DNA from: Octopus vulgaris
Lineage: Eukaryota
Length of the DNA stretch: 64,000 nucleotides
Assembly: GCA_951406725.2 (NCBI GenBank)
Contig: OX597815.1
Coordinates: 153,884,001 to 153,948,000, forward strand
Reading direction: 5' to 3'
The position numbers and the translations under genes were made by a program. The notes under the pieces were generated by a model. The model was not told the DNA's origin, made no database searches, and saw only the letters and a list, made by a program, of their open reading frames with translations. How positions within the stretch are numbered: the first letter of the stretch is position 1; every line of letters starts with the position of its first letter. Shown here piece by piece: positions 1-15,439 of the stretch.

Positions 1-1355
1 CATTGGCGGAAGGTCGAGGCAGGGGACCTGTGGTTGAAGACATGGTGGGGTGCGCAGGTACGATAGAATGTACTTCCTTTCATGCGGGCAAGGATTAAAC
101 ACCTCACTCCTACGATTCGGGTAAACATCCGGACGTTGGGTACGTTTTAAAATCGCTCTCTTTTCAGCCAGGCATAATCTGTACTTCCTGCTGCTATTGA
201 AGAACGGCTTGCATCTGTTTAGGATCTTCCACTTTATGCTGTACTCCATGGTGCTTTCTTTCAAAATCCAGGCGTGCTTGACTAGGGTTGTGGCGTTATA
301 TCTCTCTGGGATGTTGAATGGAGGACTTGTGGTTATTAAAGCGGGTTCTGACGGGGCTTTCCATGACCCCCACATATTTCCGGACGCTCGGTTGTCTATT
401 GGGTCCTGTTGCTGTTACTTCTGCCTCGCAAAGAACTGTTTTCGTATTGCAGTGGCCGTTTAGTAGGCAAGTTGTATTACCCCTGAAGGAGCATCCTGCC
501 TCAGTCTCGGGTGTGGGACCTACCTACTAAAATCTTGTTTACGCTAGGTGCACAGCTAAAGGATAATCTCAGGGTATGTCTATCAAATATCTTGTTGAAT
601 CTATTAGTACGGGGGAAGTGTCTATCAACTAAATTAAGGAAGATCTTACCTGCTCTTGTCCTAACGTTTAAAGAGAATGGCGGTGCGAACCATAGTACTT
701 TCCAATTGCGCTTTCTTTTGGTGGGACTAGAGTCTGGCATGTAACTACTACTATCCATGAAACTGCTAGCAGCCAGAGTCCGGTTGTAGTACGAGACGGC
801 AGCATCAAAGATCTCTTTGCTTGAAGACAAGCCGGATATTCCCTTGGTGACACCTTTAACCAGGTTCCTGGACACTATGGCTGGATGGCAGGAACCAGTT
901 TTAATGTAAGACAACTTCTCACTTGGTTTTCTAAAGGGCCTGATTACAGGTCTAGGGTCACTTCAAGAAAATCTGCTGTTTTTAGGTTGGTCTCTGTAGT
1001 GACCTTCAGTCCGAGGGAGTTTATGGTGCTAGTGAGGTCCTTTCTGAGCCCATATAGCATATGGCCGTTAGCCCTTCTTTATATTGCCAGCGCGTTGTCC
1101 TTGTAGAGGTTGTCCATTGGGTTCTGTTGTTACTTCTGCCTCGTAAACAATTGTCTCCGTATTGTACCCCTGCATGAGCATCCTGCCTCTGCCCCGGGTG
1201 TGGGCCTACCTATTAAAATCTTTTAGACACTTTGCCCTTACTAATAAACTCAGCAAAATATTTAATAGACATACTCTGAGATTATCCTTTAGCTATGCAC
1301 CTAGTGTAAAGAAGATTTTAGTAGGTTGGCCTACACCCGAGGCAGAGGCAGGATG
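1..1355 (-). mobile_element. Penelope-like retroelement remnant (RT thumb + GIY-YIG endonuclease), internally rearranged
   Basis: Minus ORF 501-914 has RKRNWKVLWFAPPFSLNVRTRAGKIFLNLVDRHFP...KIFDRHTLRLSFSC. Downstream frames give a Cys cluster and the endonuclease tail (YSIKWKILNRCKPF...LCLAEKRAIL...NRRSEVFNPCPH). About 1116-1222 re-duplicates the 397-535 region and about 1226-1354 is an inverted copy. Confidence 0.85.
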
Positions 1356-2242
1356 AAAAACTTTTAATTATAGGTCTGTTCTTCTATAGTTGCCTGTAGT
1401 CTAAACAAAAATTTATTAAGAAAGACGATACATTATAATTTTCTTGCTCATTTATATTAATAATGAGCCAGGAATCGGCATACAAAAGTACCTCATGTCT
1501 TTTCTTGTGATTTTAGGGCTCCGGGATATATTTTCTTTTACTCCTGTCGTATTACGACTTGAATATTTTGCCGTCTTATACCATGAGTTGAACCAAGAAT
1601 ACATACATTTGAATGTATTTAAATTTCATGTGTATCATACAGTTGGATGGCTCTTCTGAACGATTTTGTCACAAATTAATTTTCTAGATTTGTCAGTCTA
1701 TCAAATAAAGAATACAGCCTGTAAACGAACCAACGAGCGAATAACAAATCAAGGTAGGAACATATGTAGTCATATCAGCTGTAAGAAGTAGCAGTCAAAC
1801 CTCTCTCAAATGATACACTATGTTCTTTTAAAATAATAAGATCACATACTAAATAATTTTCTCAATGCATTATGATTAAGAGAAAAAAGGAGAAGGAATA
1901 GTGATGGGTAGGTTACCTCTGATCCTTTGTCTGCTGGACTAAGACCAAGATCTAGAGTTAACCAACAATCTAAAGATAACCAATAGTAGAAACTTTCCGT
2001 TGTAAATTATTTAATTAAAAAAAGTGTGTTGCCCCAAAAGAGAAATAATGATCATAACATAATACAACAGTAAGTGATAGCTTTTACATCTTTCTTGGAG
2101 CATTGTCTAGAAAATAATTGTTCAGAGACATTATACGTCTCCATGTGACTTGTTAGATATTTAATTTTTGTTTCGTCTATTTGTTTCATGCATCGTCCTT
2201 ATCGTCGGATGTTGAGAGGGCAAGTAATGATTATAAACGATG

Positions 2243-2344
2243 AATAATAATATCAACAATAACATTAGTAATAATGCAATAATAATATTAACAATAACAT
2301 TAGTAATAATGCAATAATAATATTAACAATAACATTAGTAATAA
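2243..2344. repeat. 35-bp AT-rich minisatellite, about 3 copies
   Basis: Unit aataataatat(c/t)aacaataacattagtaataatgc repeated directly. Confidence 0.8.
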
Positions 2345-2695
2345 GGATAATAATAGATTTTGAAAAAGTACATTAAAAAATATGGTTTAATAGGAAACAT
2401 CTGCAGTAAATTTTATCATTGAAATGTATAAATACATTAATCAAAAAATTTTATGATTTTTGTTACTGTATTTGAGAAACATTATCGTTTTATTGTTGCA
2501 ATCAAAATTATTTTTAAAGCTCTGAACATTTATCCTTATACAAAACCAAATAATTCGTGTTTTGTCTTTTAACATTATCATTTGCTAAAGGGAGAAAAAT
2601 CTAACTCTTTCAAATATCTTTCAGCTATAATGAAATGCATGTTTTTTTTTCATAGAACAATCATTTATATCGTTCTACACTTTTTTCCTCTCCAG

Positions 2696-2764
2696 GGTTA
2701 TAATTTGCTGCTGTGGCAGAAGAAAGGCAAATTTCACAAAGGAGATTCTTATTTGATTGTAAAG
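2696..2764 (+). CDS. Gelsolin/villin-family actin-binding protein, internal exon A (domain G1)
   Basis: Polypyrimidine tract and ccag acceptor, gtaata donor. Encodes GYNLLLWQKKGKFHKGDSYLIVK, matching the gelsolin G1 G-x-F-x-x-GD-x-Y motif. 69 nt, in frame with the next exon. Confidence 0.85.
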
Positions 2765-5609
2765 GTAATATTACATTTATATAAACAACTCTAAATCATA
2801 TGAAATTACCATATCTCATTAATATTTTTCGGTGCATTCTCGTTATCAGTAGCAGATATACACAGCGGTTCATTTTTCAAAACGTTTTAATGAAGAATGA
2901 GGGATGGAGTTATTGTTTTATGTCCAGACTTTATCTCTGTTCTATGTATTTACGAGATTTTTAAATAATAAATAATTCTAAAGTTAAATGGGAAATACAC
3001 TTTTTCCTGTGTTTTACAATATCTATGAGTTAAAAGTAAGAGGAAAGAAGGACGTAAGAGATACTGATGAAGCTGGTACCTATTTATATATCAATTTATC
3101 TGGTTCTGAAAAGTGAGCAGATGTTGCTGAGATACGGGGGCTGTAATCACGGAAAACTGTTCACTGAATTTGTGATGAAATGTAAATTAAGTTGCTGAGA
3201 TATAAGATATGAAGCTGTTGCTTTTATTGTAACTCAGATCCAAGTCATACCTGATCGAATAGATCTATGGAAGGTGGGGGTTAAAGTTGTGATCATCTAT
3301 CCATGGCCAACAATGTTCCTTGTGTTCTTCCTTTCATTAACACTGTAAAGTGTGATTTGAGTGAGATTTAGTAAATGGTTCTAGTACATCGAGTAACTAT
3401 CAGGAGTGTCGCTAGTTGGTTTGCAAGAGAACTATGGGCTAAATTTCGTAGTGAAGCTCTAGAGAACTGAATTCTCATTTAGGCATTTACATTAAAAACC
3501 ATGTACACCAATTATCATTGGTAGAAATGTGAATTAATAATCTGAATATAGAAGCTGGAGGTTTCGGAGCAGTTGTCCGTAGTTATCCTCTTTCTCATTG
3601 ATTTTCGAGAAGATATTCAAATCAACAAGGTAGCTGACCTCTTTGAAAGTGCAAACAACTATCCAGTCTGTCATGAATGCACTTGTTAGAAGTTTTGATG
3701 GGAATGTTCTACCAATATTCCTTGTGTTGATGCTTATGTATGTATTCAAAAACAGGGATTCTCCATGTTTATCTCGGACAGTCTTTTCTTCAGATGGCGT
3801 TGTATATTCTAATACACTTTCTTTCCATTATAGGCATAATTTTATTTGATAAAATAACTTCTTTTTTAGCTTCTTCCAAAATTAAACATCTCCGATTCTA
3901 CTTAAGTATATAAGCTTTACTTGTTCAACCATCTTCAAATGTCTTTAGTCTATGTTGAATAGCTTTCTCGAAGTCGCCAATCCCATAGCCAGTATTTGTT
4001 AAAGAAATAAAACTATTACCTTCAGAATATAAAGCAGAGATAACAAGCTAACATGTGAGAATTTGCATCGTTATTTGACCTTCTAAAATCATCAATCAAG
4101 TTATCATCAAATCACACCGCACAGTATTAAATTATATCTAATACTTCATTGTATAATTCTATCATTAGATACTTGATACAGGAAAAAAATGGTTTGGCCA
4201 TTCTTGGAATGGTTTTGATTATAAATCTTCCTAATTAGGGTCAATGTGTGATTGAACAACTACAACACCAGAGATATCTGACACCTTTAGATTAAACAAC
4301 ATAAATCAGCCGTTAACTCGGAATGAAATGATTAGATGCAGTAGTTTGGACGCTGACGATTTAGCTCGTTTTTGTGACAATACATTTTGGCGTAGGTGCC
4401 AAACACGTGCGCGCGCCCGCACACACATGCACGCACAGAGATATATGCATACAGATAGAAAGTGTGAGAGAGAAATGGGGAGAGAGAGAGAGAGAGAGAA
4501 GCAGGGGAGAACAAGAGAAGCATTAAAACGAGTGAAACATTAAAACATCTTAGGGAAAAATAGTCTGCGCAAAATCAGTTACTCAAAATAGTTAACGCCA
4601 AACGGGCTGTGACAAAGCATTTCATACTTCCATTTACTGTGCTACACCAGTAAATATGGCTACAACAGGCAATGATTTCTATATTACAGCTATCACTCGT
4701 AAGTGTAACTGTTTATGTGAAGTGAAATATTCTATTTTATGAGTTTAACTGTAACTGTGATTGTTACACAACCAACTGGAACTCCCTCTGAGTGGAAGAA
4801 TAGAGTATATCGGAAAAAATGGAGTTTGGCAGTTAGCGAAAATATACTAAAGAAACGTGTCGCACTAGTCGAGTAAACGCAGAAGCGTAAGGGTTGCGAT
4901 TTATAGTGCAGAAAGGGAGATAATTAATAAAAGAATAGTTGACTAGATCCAGCTGTTGAAAGCATGGAATATACGAAATCCTAAACAACATCTTGGAATA
5001 CAAAATGAATGAAGAAACAGTTTGAATATTTGTTGAAAGAGGAAATATTGTAATGTATAAAGTTAGAAATAGAATGAAGTGTAATATAACGAAATGAGAA
5101 GTTACTCTAATGTAGGATGAATTGATTGTTGGAGGAAGTTTAGACAACTCTCAGATAATTAGTAATTCTTGGTTCCCAGTACGAAAATAAATTTTCATGA
5201 TGTGACAAGAGAGTTCTTGGTGCTTTTTATTGTGTATTTAAGGTATTATCGTGTGAATCGAAGTAGACTTTTGTGAGAAATAATGGGATTTTGCCAGTTT
5301 TATATGATGAAATAATTGATGTTTACCACTCTGATTTGAAGAAATATTTGTTTGTCCAAGTGTATAAAAATCTATTAGCCAAGTGCTCATAACGAAAGTG
5401 AAAGGAAAAAAATAAATAAATGCTTGTAGTTTTCTAAATCAGCTGAGGAGTCAAAATGTATCTCCCCACTCTCTCTCACACACACATACACATATATAAT
5501 CTATACATAAATATATATATATATATATATATGTATACATGTATGTATGTATGTATGTATGTATGTATGTATGTATGTATGTATGTATGTATGTATGTAT
5601 GTATGTATG

Positions 5610-5663
<54 letters not shown>

Positions 5664-5669
<6 letters not shown>

Positions 5670-5939
5670 TAAATGAAAGAATGGAGTCGAACGACGATTT
5701 AACAAAATTCCTTTATTCTCGACACATGTTTCGAAGACTGCATATTCTTAATTCCGAAGGAATAAAGGGTGCATTATGCCGTCTTCTCATCAGGAAAGAC
5801 AAGGAACTTATGATGAGAAGACGACATAATTCACCCTTTATTCCTTCGGAATTAAGAATATGCAGTCTTCGAAACATGTGTCGAGAATAAAGGAATTTTG
5901 TTAAATCGTCGTTCGACTCCATTCTTTCATTTATCTATA
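5664..5939. repeat. Fold-back inverted repeat (about 129-bp arms, 18-nt spacer)
   Basis: 5664-5792 is the reverse complement of 5811-5939 with about 2 mismatches. Abuts (TA)n. Confidence 0.95.
5710..5804 (-). ncRNA. Type I hammerhead ribozyme motif
   Basis: Minus strand: ccuugucUUUC CUGAUGA GAAGACgGCAUA...UAUGCaGUCUUC GAAA caugug UC GAGAauaaagg. Stem I has an internal loop, stem II is long, triplet GUC. The + arm copy is truncated at the core (starts ugauga at 5811). Confidence 0.85.
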
Positions 5940-6084
5940 GTAAAAAAACACACACATTTCCGCACTAAAGCACGTGATTTCTGCCCTTGGCATGTAGCTT
6001 CAACCGTGCTTTCTGACGTAAATTTGCTACCCGGATATCGGTTAACCGAATTATCCATACTAGGATAATTCATTCAACTACTTA

Positions 6085-6134
<50 letters not shown>

Positions 6135-6139
6135 TACAT

Positions 6140-6480
6140 ACACACAATGTCCCATCCAAAAGTAAGAATATTAAAAAAAAGTCAAAAAGTATCATCTAGA
6201 TTATGACCGGGAGTAGCCTCAGCTTCTGCCACGGCCTCAAGATGGTTCTGGAACCTGGACATGCTTTCCTCACTGTGTCCCTGGGAAAATATTCGAACAT
6301 CTTCTTGATCTTGGCAACCAATTCGGCCTACATATAGCCTACATATAGTAATCCATAGGATTATAATCGGGGGAATTAGTGGGCGAGAAATTAGGGCTTT
6401 AAGGCTAGTGGAGTCATAGAAATTCTCTGAGAACCCCTTCTGAATCTTTCTGGAGGTGTGGTAAGGAACCGTATCCTGCT
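6140..6480 (-). mobile_element. Tc1/mariner-superfamily transposase C-terminal remnant
   Basis: Reverse translation gives NFSPTNSPDYNPMDY-like and TVRKAC segments. Degenerate. Confidence 0.55.
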
Positions 6481-6511
6481 GCTGTACAGTAACCGATTTC
6501 AGATTTATATA

Positions 6512-6902
6512 GGCGCAGGAGTGGCTGTATGGTAAGAAGCTCTCTTCTCAACCCCATGATTCCGGGTTCAGTGCCACTGCGTGGTACCTTGGACAAGTGT
6601 CTTCTACTGTAGCCTCGGACCGTCCAAAGCTTTGGAAGTCGATTTGACGGAAACTGAAAGAAGCTCGTTATATAGATATATGTATATATATCTAATATCT
6701 GTGTCTGTGTTTGTCCCCCCATCACCACTTGAAAACCGATGTGGGTGTGTTTTCGTACCCGTAACTTGGTGGCTCAGTAAAAGGCACCGATAGAATAAGT
6801 AGCAGGCTTAAAAAGTAAGTACTCGGGGTCGATTCATTCGACTAAAAGTTCAAAGTGATGCCCCAGCATGGGTGCACTTTAATGACTGAAACAGGTAAAA
6901 GA
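6512..6902 (+). mobile_element. tRNA-derived SINE
   Basis: Box A-like TGGCTGTATGG and box B-like GTTCAGTGC. Shared body (ataagta...ggggtcgat...tgactgaaaca) recurs at 15440-15905, 61814-62226 and other sites. Confidence 0.8.
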
Positions 6903-6904
6903 TT

Positions 6905-6993
<89 letters not shown>

Positions 6994-7009
6994 CTTAGTT
7001 ATATTAATG

Positions 7010-8940
7010 TGGGTTCTTCCCACCCCCACATAGTGTTTAAAAATTTAGTTAAAAACATTACCAAAAGAATTTCTAGCCTCTACTCCGGTAGGGACATTTT
7101 TAATGGCGTTGTCCCAATATATAATAAGGCTCTAAAAAGATAGTGGATTTAGCGAAGAAATAACCTATACATCTGCCACCAGTCCAATAATAAAGAAGAG
7201 GAAACAGGAAACTATCTAGTTCACACCCCGGCTACTCACTCGAGGTGACCTTTAATATAGGCAAGTATTTCCTAGCACTGATAAGATAGACATTTTCTAG
7301 TCAATCATAGTTACAGAAAGCTCTTCAGTAGACATAACGTAAAAATCCGTTTCAGCTCAACTACTAATTTAAAAAATATAATCGCGCAAAGCACACAAAA
7401 ACCACAATATGAAACCAGCTGTTCATGCAGGGATAAAAATTTGTGTCCGCTAAATGGAGCTTGAATGTCCGAGACCATCATTTATGAAACCACCATGGAA
7501 TTTATATCCACTAAGAACACGGTTTCGACGAAGAAATACGTAGGCTTTACAGAGGGTAATTTCAAGGCCAGGTTCAATAATCATACCTTGAGCTTCAGGC
7601 ACTGGGATGAAAGGAAAACGACCAAATTATCCAGTCATATATGGTCCTTAAAAGATAAAGGTGTCAGTCAGTTACAACATCCATTGGAAGATCTTAGCAA
7701 AGTGTAAGTCCTACACAAACGGCAGTGGAAAGTGCGGTCTATGTGATATGGAAAGATGGCTCATCTGGAAAAGCAGCTTAGACCCCGCTACATGTCTAAA
7801 TTCAAGAACTGAACTTTTCATATTGTGTCCACGTGAGGCTAAATATTTGTTGCGTTTTTTGTCCCCCCGAGATTACAGATAGGACTTGCTTTCTATATTG
7901 TATCCATGTACAAGCTTTTTATTTCTCTATACTTTTAACTTATATTTCTTATATATTTTATATATATTCATATATTTTATATATACATATATATATATTT
8001 TGCATATTTATAGAGATATTGTTTTATAGGTTTATTGCTCATATATTTTTAAAAAATAATTTTTTCTGTATTCTACCTTCCACCCTGTATTTTCTCTGTG
8101 CGTATATAGATGTGTATATGGAACTCTTTGTGCGCACGTGTGTATGTGAGCGTGTGTGTGTGTGTATGTGCGTATATAGACGTGTGTGGGTGTGTGGGCA
8201 TGCAAGTATGTGCATATATAGACGTGTTTTACTCACTGCTTATTTTTACACATTTTTTATACATCTTTCTGTATTTTGCCTTTATCCATGTTTTTTCTTG
8301 AGCATGTGCGTATGAAGCTTTTTTGTGCGTGTATGAGTGTGTGTGTGCGTATTTAGACGCGTGCGTGTGTGCGTGTGTGTGCGTGCATACGGGTATGTGC
8401 GTATAAAGACGTGTTTTGCTCTTATTACTGTTTTTATACTTTTTTACATATTTTTCAGCATTTTGCCTTTAGCCCTGTTTTTTCTTGTGCATGTGCTATA
8501 TAGACGTGTGCATGAACCTTTTCTGTGTGCGCGCGTGTGTGTGTGCGAGCGTGTATGCGAGTATGTATATATTTTTTGGTGAATGTGTGGGTGAGCATGT
8601 GTGTGTTTCAAGTGAGGGTGGATGAGTATATACTTATAGGCGCATATACGTGGGTGTGCGGGCGCTCATGTGTAGGTATGGACACGCGCGCTTACGCGAA
8701 TACTATGAACATTCTTATTCCCTTACCTTTACTCCCCCCTCACTTAGCGGTCATTCTAATAGCTCTTTTGTCTTAATAACGGTCAATCACAAAGTAATTT
8801 CCCTTTGTTTAACGGTCATTTTTATAGCATTTTTTCGATGGCCGGATAACTGAAGAAATGGTGGCGTGGGTTTCCGCCCCGACATTCGAAACTCGGAGTT
8901 TTATCATGGCTACCGAATAATTGTCACATATTTTATTTAC
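7010..8940 (+). mobile_element. Penelope-like retroelement (Naiad-like by motif, inference): RT C-terminus, Cys cluster, GIY-YIG endonuclease, repetitive 3' UTR, HHR-bearing terminus
   Basis: CSCRDKNLCPLNGA*MSETIIYE...KKYVGFTEGNFKARFNNHTLSF...YNIHWKILAKCKSY...CGLCDMERWLIW...LNSRTELFILCP, with frameshifts. About 200-bp tandem units at 8090-8580. Flanked by (TA)n. Confidence 0.9.
8839..8912 (+). ncRNA. Type I hammerhead ribozyme motif at the Penelope terminus
   Basis: GAUAA CUGAAGA aaug..ggcg..cgcc..cauuc GAAA cucggag UU UUAUC. Outer gcc/ggc helix. Triplet GUU at 8898-8900. Confidence 0.85.
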
Positions 8941-8978
<38 letters not shown>

Positions 8979-9066
8979 TCAGGGTGAATACTTGATAAGT
9001 GTAAGCACCTGTAGCAGAGGTGAGAGGGTATATGCATCAAATGAAAAAAAAAAACAGAACACAAAG

Positions 9067-9178
9067 GATGTCGCGGTACATGTGTTTCAAGCTTTATAAA
9101 ACAACCTATTCTTACATCAATGTGTAATCGACATAACAGATGGTTTAAAGCTCTCTTTAGCCGCATGCAATTACATCA
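9067..9178 (-). ncRNA. Hammerhead motif with G5A core mutation (probably inactive)
   Basis: Minus: GCGG CUAAAGA GAGCUUUA...UAAAGCUU GAAA cacaug UA CCGC. The partial + copy at about 9544-9569 keeps CUGAAGA, showing the ancestral core. Confidence 0.75.
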
Positions 9179-9569
9179 CATTATGAAATTGTGAAATTAT
9201 GAAAAATCCGAAAATGTACATTTGGTATTATCTATAATGGTGGGTATATTGAGTTTCACTGAGAAAGTATGTTTGTAAATCATCATAATCAAATATGTGT
9301 GTAGGGTACCATTGGACTTCAAAAATCCGTCCATACTCTATCATCAGTCAACATAGTATGGACGGATTTTTGAAGTCCAATGGTACCCTACACACATATT
9401 TGATTATGAGGATTTACAAACATACTTTCTCAGTGAAACTCAATATACCCACCATTATAGATAATACCAAATGTACATTTTCGGATTTTTCATAATTTCA
9501 CAATTTCATAATGTGATGTAATTCTTTGGTATAGCAATTGCATGCGGCTGAAGAGAGCTTTAAACCATC
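9139..9569. repeat. Fold-back inverted repeat (about 200-bp arms, 17-nt spacer)
   Basis: 9139-9337 vs 9355-9569, near-identical apart from one 16-nt indel. The spacer contains tcatcag (reverse complement of CTGATGA). Confidence 0.93.
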
Positions 9570-10687
9570 CGATGAATCAACACCAAGAAGGAAAAAATAT
9601 TATTTACATATATTTATTCGTTTGCCCAACATGAGTAAGTTTTGTAGGTCCACACATAAGGCGCACCAGTGTTTAAAAGACCTATTGAGCTACGAGTCCG
9701 CAGCTAGCTTTTTCGTTGTTGGCATAGATGTGGTTTCAAAACGCCTTATTTTACAACTATGAGATGTATTGTTATCGTCATGATTTTATTTTACTATAAT
9801 CAACAACCAACATATTTCATCAATATAAAAATCTTTATCAGATTAAAAATAAAATGATCAAAACATGAAGGTAAAACAAAACAAATAGCGGAAAATACGG
9901 TAATTGTAGTGGCAGTGACAAGTTCGCTCGTTGGTTGCTAATTGATAGTGTAGAAGGGAGGGAAAGAGTAAGGAATGCACGGTGCTGACTAGAAGGGAAG
10001 AAAGGCTAAAGATGATATCGTCTTCATTCGACATACGAACAGAACAGAGTGGTGACATTTAGTAGAGATGACCCGGAAGATGGCAAACAGTAGTAGCTTT
10101 CTTCAACCGAATACACGTCATTGATTGGTTGAAATTACCCCCAAACCGACAACTTTAACACGAAATCACTTCTAAGATATAAAATTTTGTCAAGAGTGTT
10201 CTAAGTAAACAGTATGCCGCATGAGATATTCCACCAGTATACGAAGTTTCAAACTGTTTAGTTTAAAAAAATTTATTAAAAAATTTGTGAGCCAAACTGA
10301 ACAGATCCCTCTAATCGCTTGACAACCAGTGAGGGTTTGTTTACATTGTCCTCGTAACTTAGCAGTACAGCAAAAAGGGAGTGATAAAATAAATTCCAAG
10401 TTTAAAATAACCACTGCTGTCTATTTGACTGGCTTCACTCTTGAGGCCTGTCCTCAGAATGACCGCAGTTCAATCATAGAAACAAGTAAAAGACTATATG
10501 TAAGAAGGTATGTTTTGTATAGAGTCACTTTTTAAGTTAATGTCTGATATCTTGAGAACCTACGCACACGCACACATATGAAACTACTCGTTCACTATTG
10601 TGTGTATGTGTGTGTGTGTGTGCGTGTGTGTGTGCATGGTGTGCATGACGAGACATGACGTGTCTATATATGTAAAATCTCTCTCTC

Positions 10688-10785
<98 letters not shown>

Positions 10786-11499
10786 TGGCAGTGGCGGAGG
10801 GACAGAGAGAGAGAATGTAGAAGAATGTCAAACATTCTTTCTTTCTATAAAATCTATTAATAGATGCAGAATTTAGATGAGTGTTGCCATGTTGGTGTCT
10901 GAAACTAATTAGCAAGTATTGTTAGTAACGTAGTGAATGTAATGGTTTAATGGTCATTCATAGTGTGTAAAACATATCGCAGTCTGGTGAAAGAAATACA
11001 ACTCTAGTTGAAGAATAGGTGAGAAAATTAACATAGAATATAATATATGGCAGTGATAAGACATAAAATGCTGACATGCGCAGTGTAGCACCATGGGAGG
11101 CCTTTGACAACACACATTGTGTTAGTGACAGAACGAGCAGTATTTGTATGTACGTACATACAATCGCTATATGTGCGTCATTATATGAAAGTACATACAA
11201 TCTTTGTAATCAGCGTTAATACTATATAAGACTAGTGTTTTATTAGGTTGAAAAATTCTATTTAAATTCAGCTTTGAATATAACGTGGGAAAGAATAAAC
11301 TCCTACACATCGAATTTTCTGAGATGACTACGCTATGTTCTTTCATTAAACTACTCAATATACTATTTCAACGAATATTTGCATGTTTTGAATGCCGAGA
11401 GAATAATCGGCAGTAAGATACTGCTTCATAGTAAATGCTTCGTGTCTTATAAAGGAGAACACTTATTGTATTGTAATAGTCTAAACAGTTTTCTGTTGA

Positions 11500-13600
<2,101 letters not shown>

Positions 13601-14060
13601 GAAATGTGAGGAACTTATGTCTAGTTTTCTGGTAACTTGGTAAGGATATCAAAATAAGTGATGTTACCGATTTGTCGTCAAATTTCTCCCAAATGCACTC
13701 CCGTTGTGATACCGACAAAAACTGTTCGTAATTTCGAAGATGCTGTATCTTAGTTTACACGCGAGTAACCTAATGTATATAATCAACTTACTTTAAACAC
13801 TGCATATTCCTAACCACTTACGATCAATCAACCACATGGAAATCTTCCATAATCTCACTATAGCATACTATGTTGCAATCCATTGCCGTCTTGTGTCACT
13901 TCAGCATCGTACATGCTAGATAGCTTGTTATATAACAAGATATCCAATATATTATATCACTATCATTTTCACCTTGATATTTATTTCAATGTGTGGCTTG
14001 TCACGTTGCATCGCATTATCATATGGTAATCTATAAATTTGTGTGTTCAAAAGTTATATA

Positions 14061-15352
14061 CGAGGGACGTTCATTAAGTAATGCCCCTGACCCACTTGCA
14101 ATTGTTTGATCCAGCTGAAATTTTGCATGTGCAATTATTTATATCTCTTCAGATTAAGTGATAAATTACAGCCCTGAAATAATTGTGGTTTCTGATTTAC
14201 AGGTGTTTGGACTGAGTTAAGTGTGAAATGGAGCCTGTTGAGTGTCGAACAGTGATCCGGTTTTTGTATTTGAAAGGACGCACATCACGAGAGACTTTTG
14301 ATGAAATGAAAGTAACTTATGGTGATGATGCCCCATCATATGAACTTGTAAAACGCTGGCATCGTGAATTCAGACATGGTCGGAACTCTGTGGAAACAGC
14401 TCCCAGATCTGGTTGCCCCCCTTCTGCCAATGTTGAGGTATCTCTCTGTCAAGTTGAGGCTGCCATTTTGGAAGATCGACGCATAACTATTCGCCAAATA
14501 GCCCATAAGGTCAAGATTAGTACCAGGTCTGTGGAAACTATCATTCATTACCATTTGCATATGTAAAAGGTGTCTGCCAGATGGATTCCCAGGTTGCTCA
14601 CACCTTTCCAGAAGCAAGAACGCGTCGAGTGCTCGAGGATGAATTTGGAGATGTGCCAAGAAGATGAGTCAAATTTTTTCAAAAGTCTGATTACACAGGA
14701 TGAAACCTGGGTCCATCACTATGATCCAGAGACCAAAGCCCAGTCAATGCAGTGGAAGCACCGTGACTCACCGCCTCCAAAGAAGGCAAGGGTGCAACCC
14801 TCCACTGGCAAGGTCATGCTCACAGTCTTCTGGGACCAGGACGAAGTAGTGATGACAGATTTCCTGGCAAAAGGTACCATAATTACAGGAGCCTATTATG
14901 CTTCACTTTTGAGGAAATTAAGAGAAGCTATCAAAATCAAGAGGCGGGGCAAGATCAGCAAAGGCATCTTCCTCCTGCAGGACAACGTTCCGGTCCACAA
15001 CTCGCGTGTCACCAGATCAGAAGCACAGGCGTGCGGCTATGAACTCCTCCCCATCCCCCCTACTCTCCTGACCTTGCACCCTCTGATTCTCACCTCTTCC
15101 CAGCCATGAAGTTGTTTTTGAAAGGAAAGCGTTTCCCAGATGATGCAGCCTTGATTTCTGAAGTCACGTCGTGGTTGGAGGACCAAGCTGGGGTCTTCTA
15201 CAAAAACGGTCTCCAGAGCTGCATCAAACGATGGGAGAAATGCGTAACTCTGGGTGGTTCCTATGTAGAAAAAGACTAATAACTGTGCCACGTTTCGTTG
15301 CTCTACTTCTATGGGAAGTGGGTCAGGGGCATTACTTATTGAACGCCCCTCG
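14061..15352 (+). mobile_element. Full-length mariner DNA transposon
   Basis: Terminal inverted repeats cgagggacgttcattaagtaatgcccctgacccactt / aagtgggtcaggggcattacttattgaacgcccctcg. TA target duplication on both sides. 1292 bp. Confidence 0.95.
14228..15279 (+). pseudogene. Mariner transposase (DD34D) with one premature stop and one frameshift
   Basis: HTH N-terminus, then WIPRLL, TQDETW, LQDN and YSPDLAPSD. TAA at 14564-14566 and a frameshift in the C-run near 15050-15060. Confidence 0.92.
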
Positions 15353-15439
15353 TAGTAGGCATAACAGTAGGGTGAAGAAATCTACTTTTCACAACCATGA
15401 GGTTTCTGGTTCCATCTTTCTGGTTCGGTATCTTTGCCA

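Noticed and set aside
3064-3115. CTGATGA...GAAA spacing (similar cases at about 30067, 38925, 39580, 44790 and 63742)
   Set aside because: Each lacks a paired stem I, stem II or UH site, so these look like chance matches in AT-rich DNA.
6512-6585. tRNA genes suggested by box A/B motifs (also 57741 and 61814)
   Set aside because: There is no complete cloverleaf or terminator, and each runs into a repeated SINE body.
7883-8760. SECIS element downstream of the Penelope ORF
   Set aside because: ATGA motifs at about 8312, 8512 and 8705 lack the apical AA and the paired GA quartet by eye.
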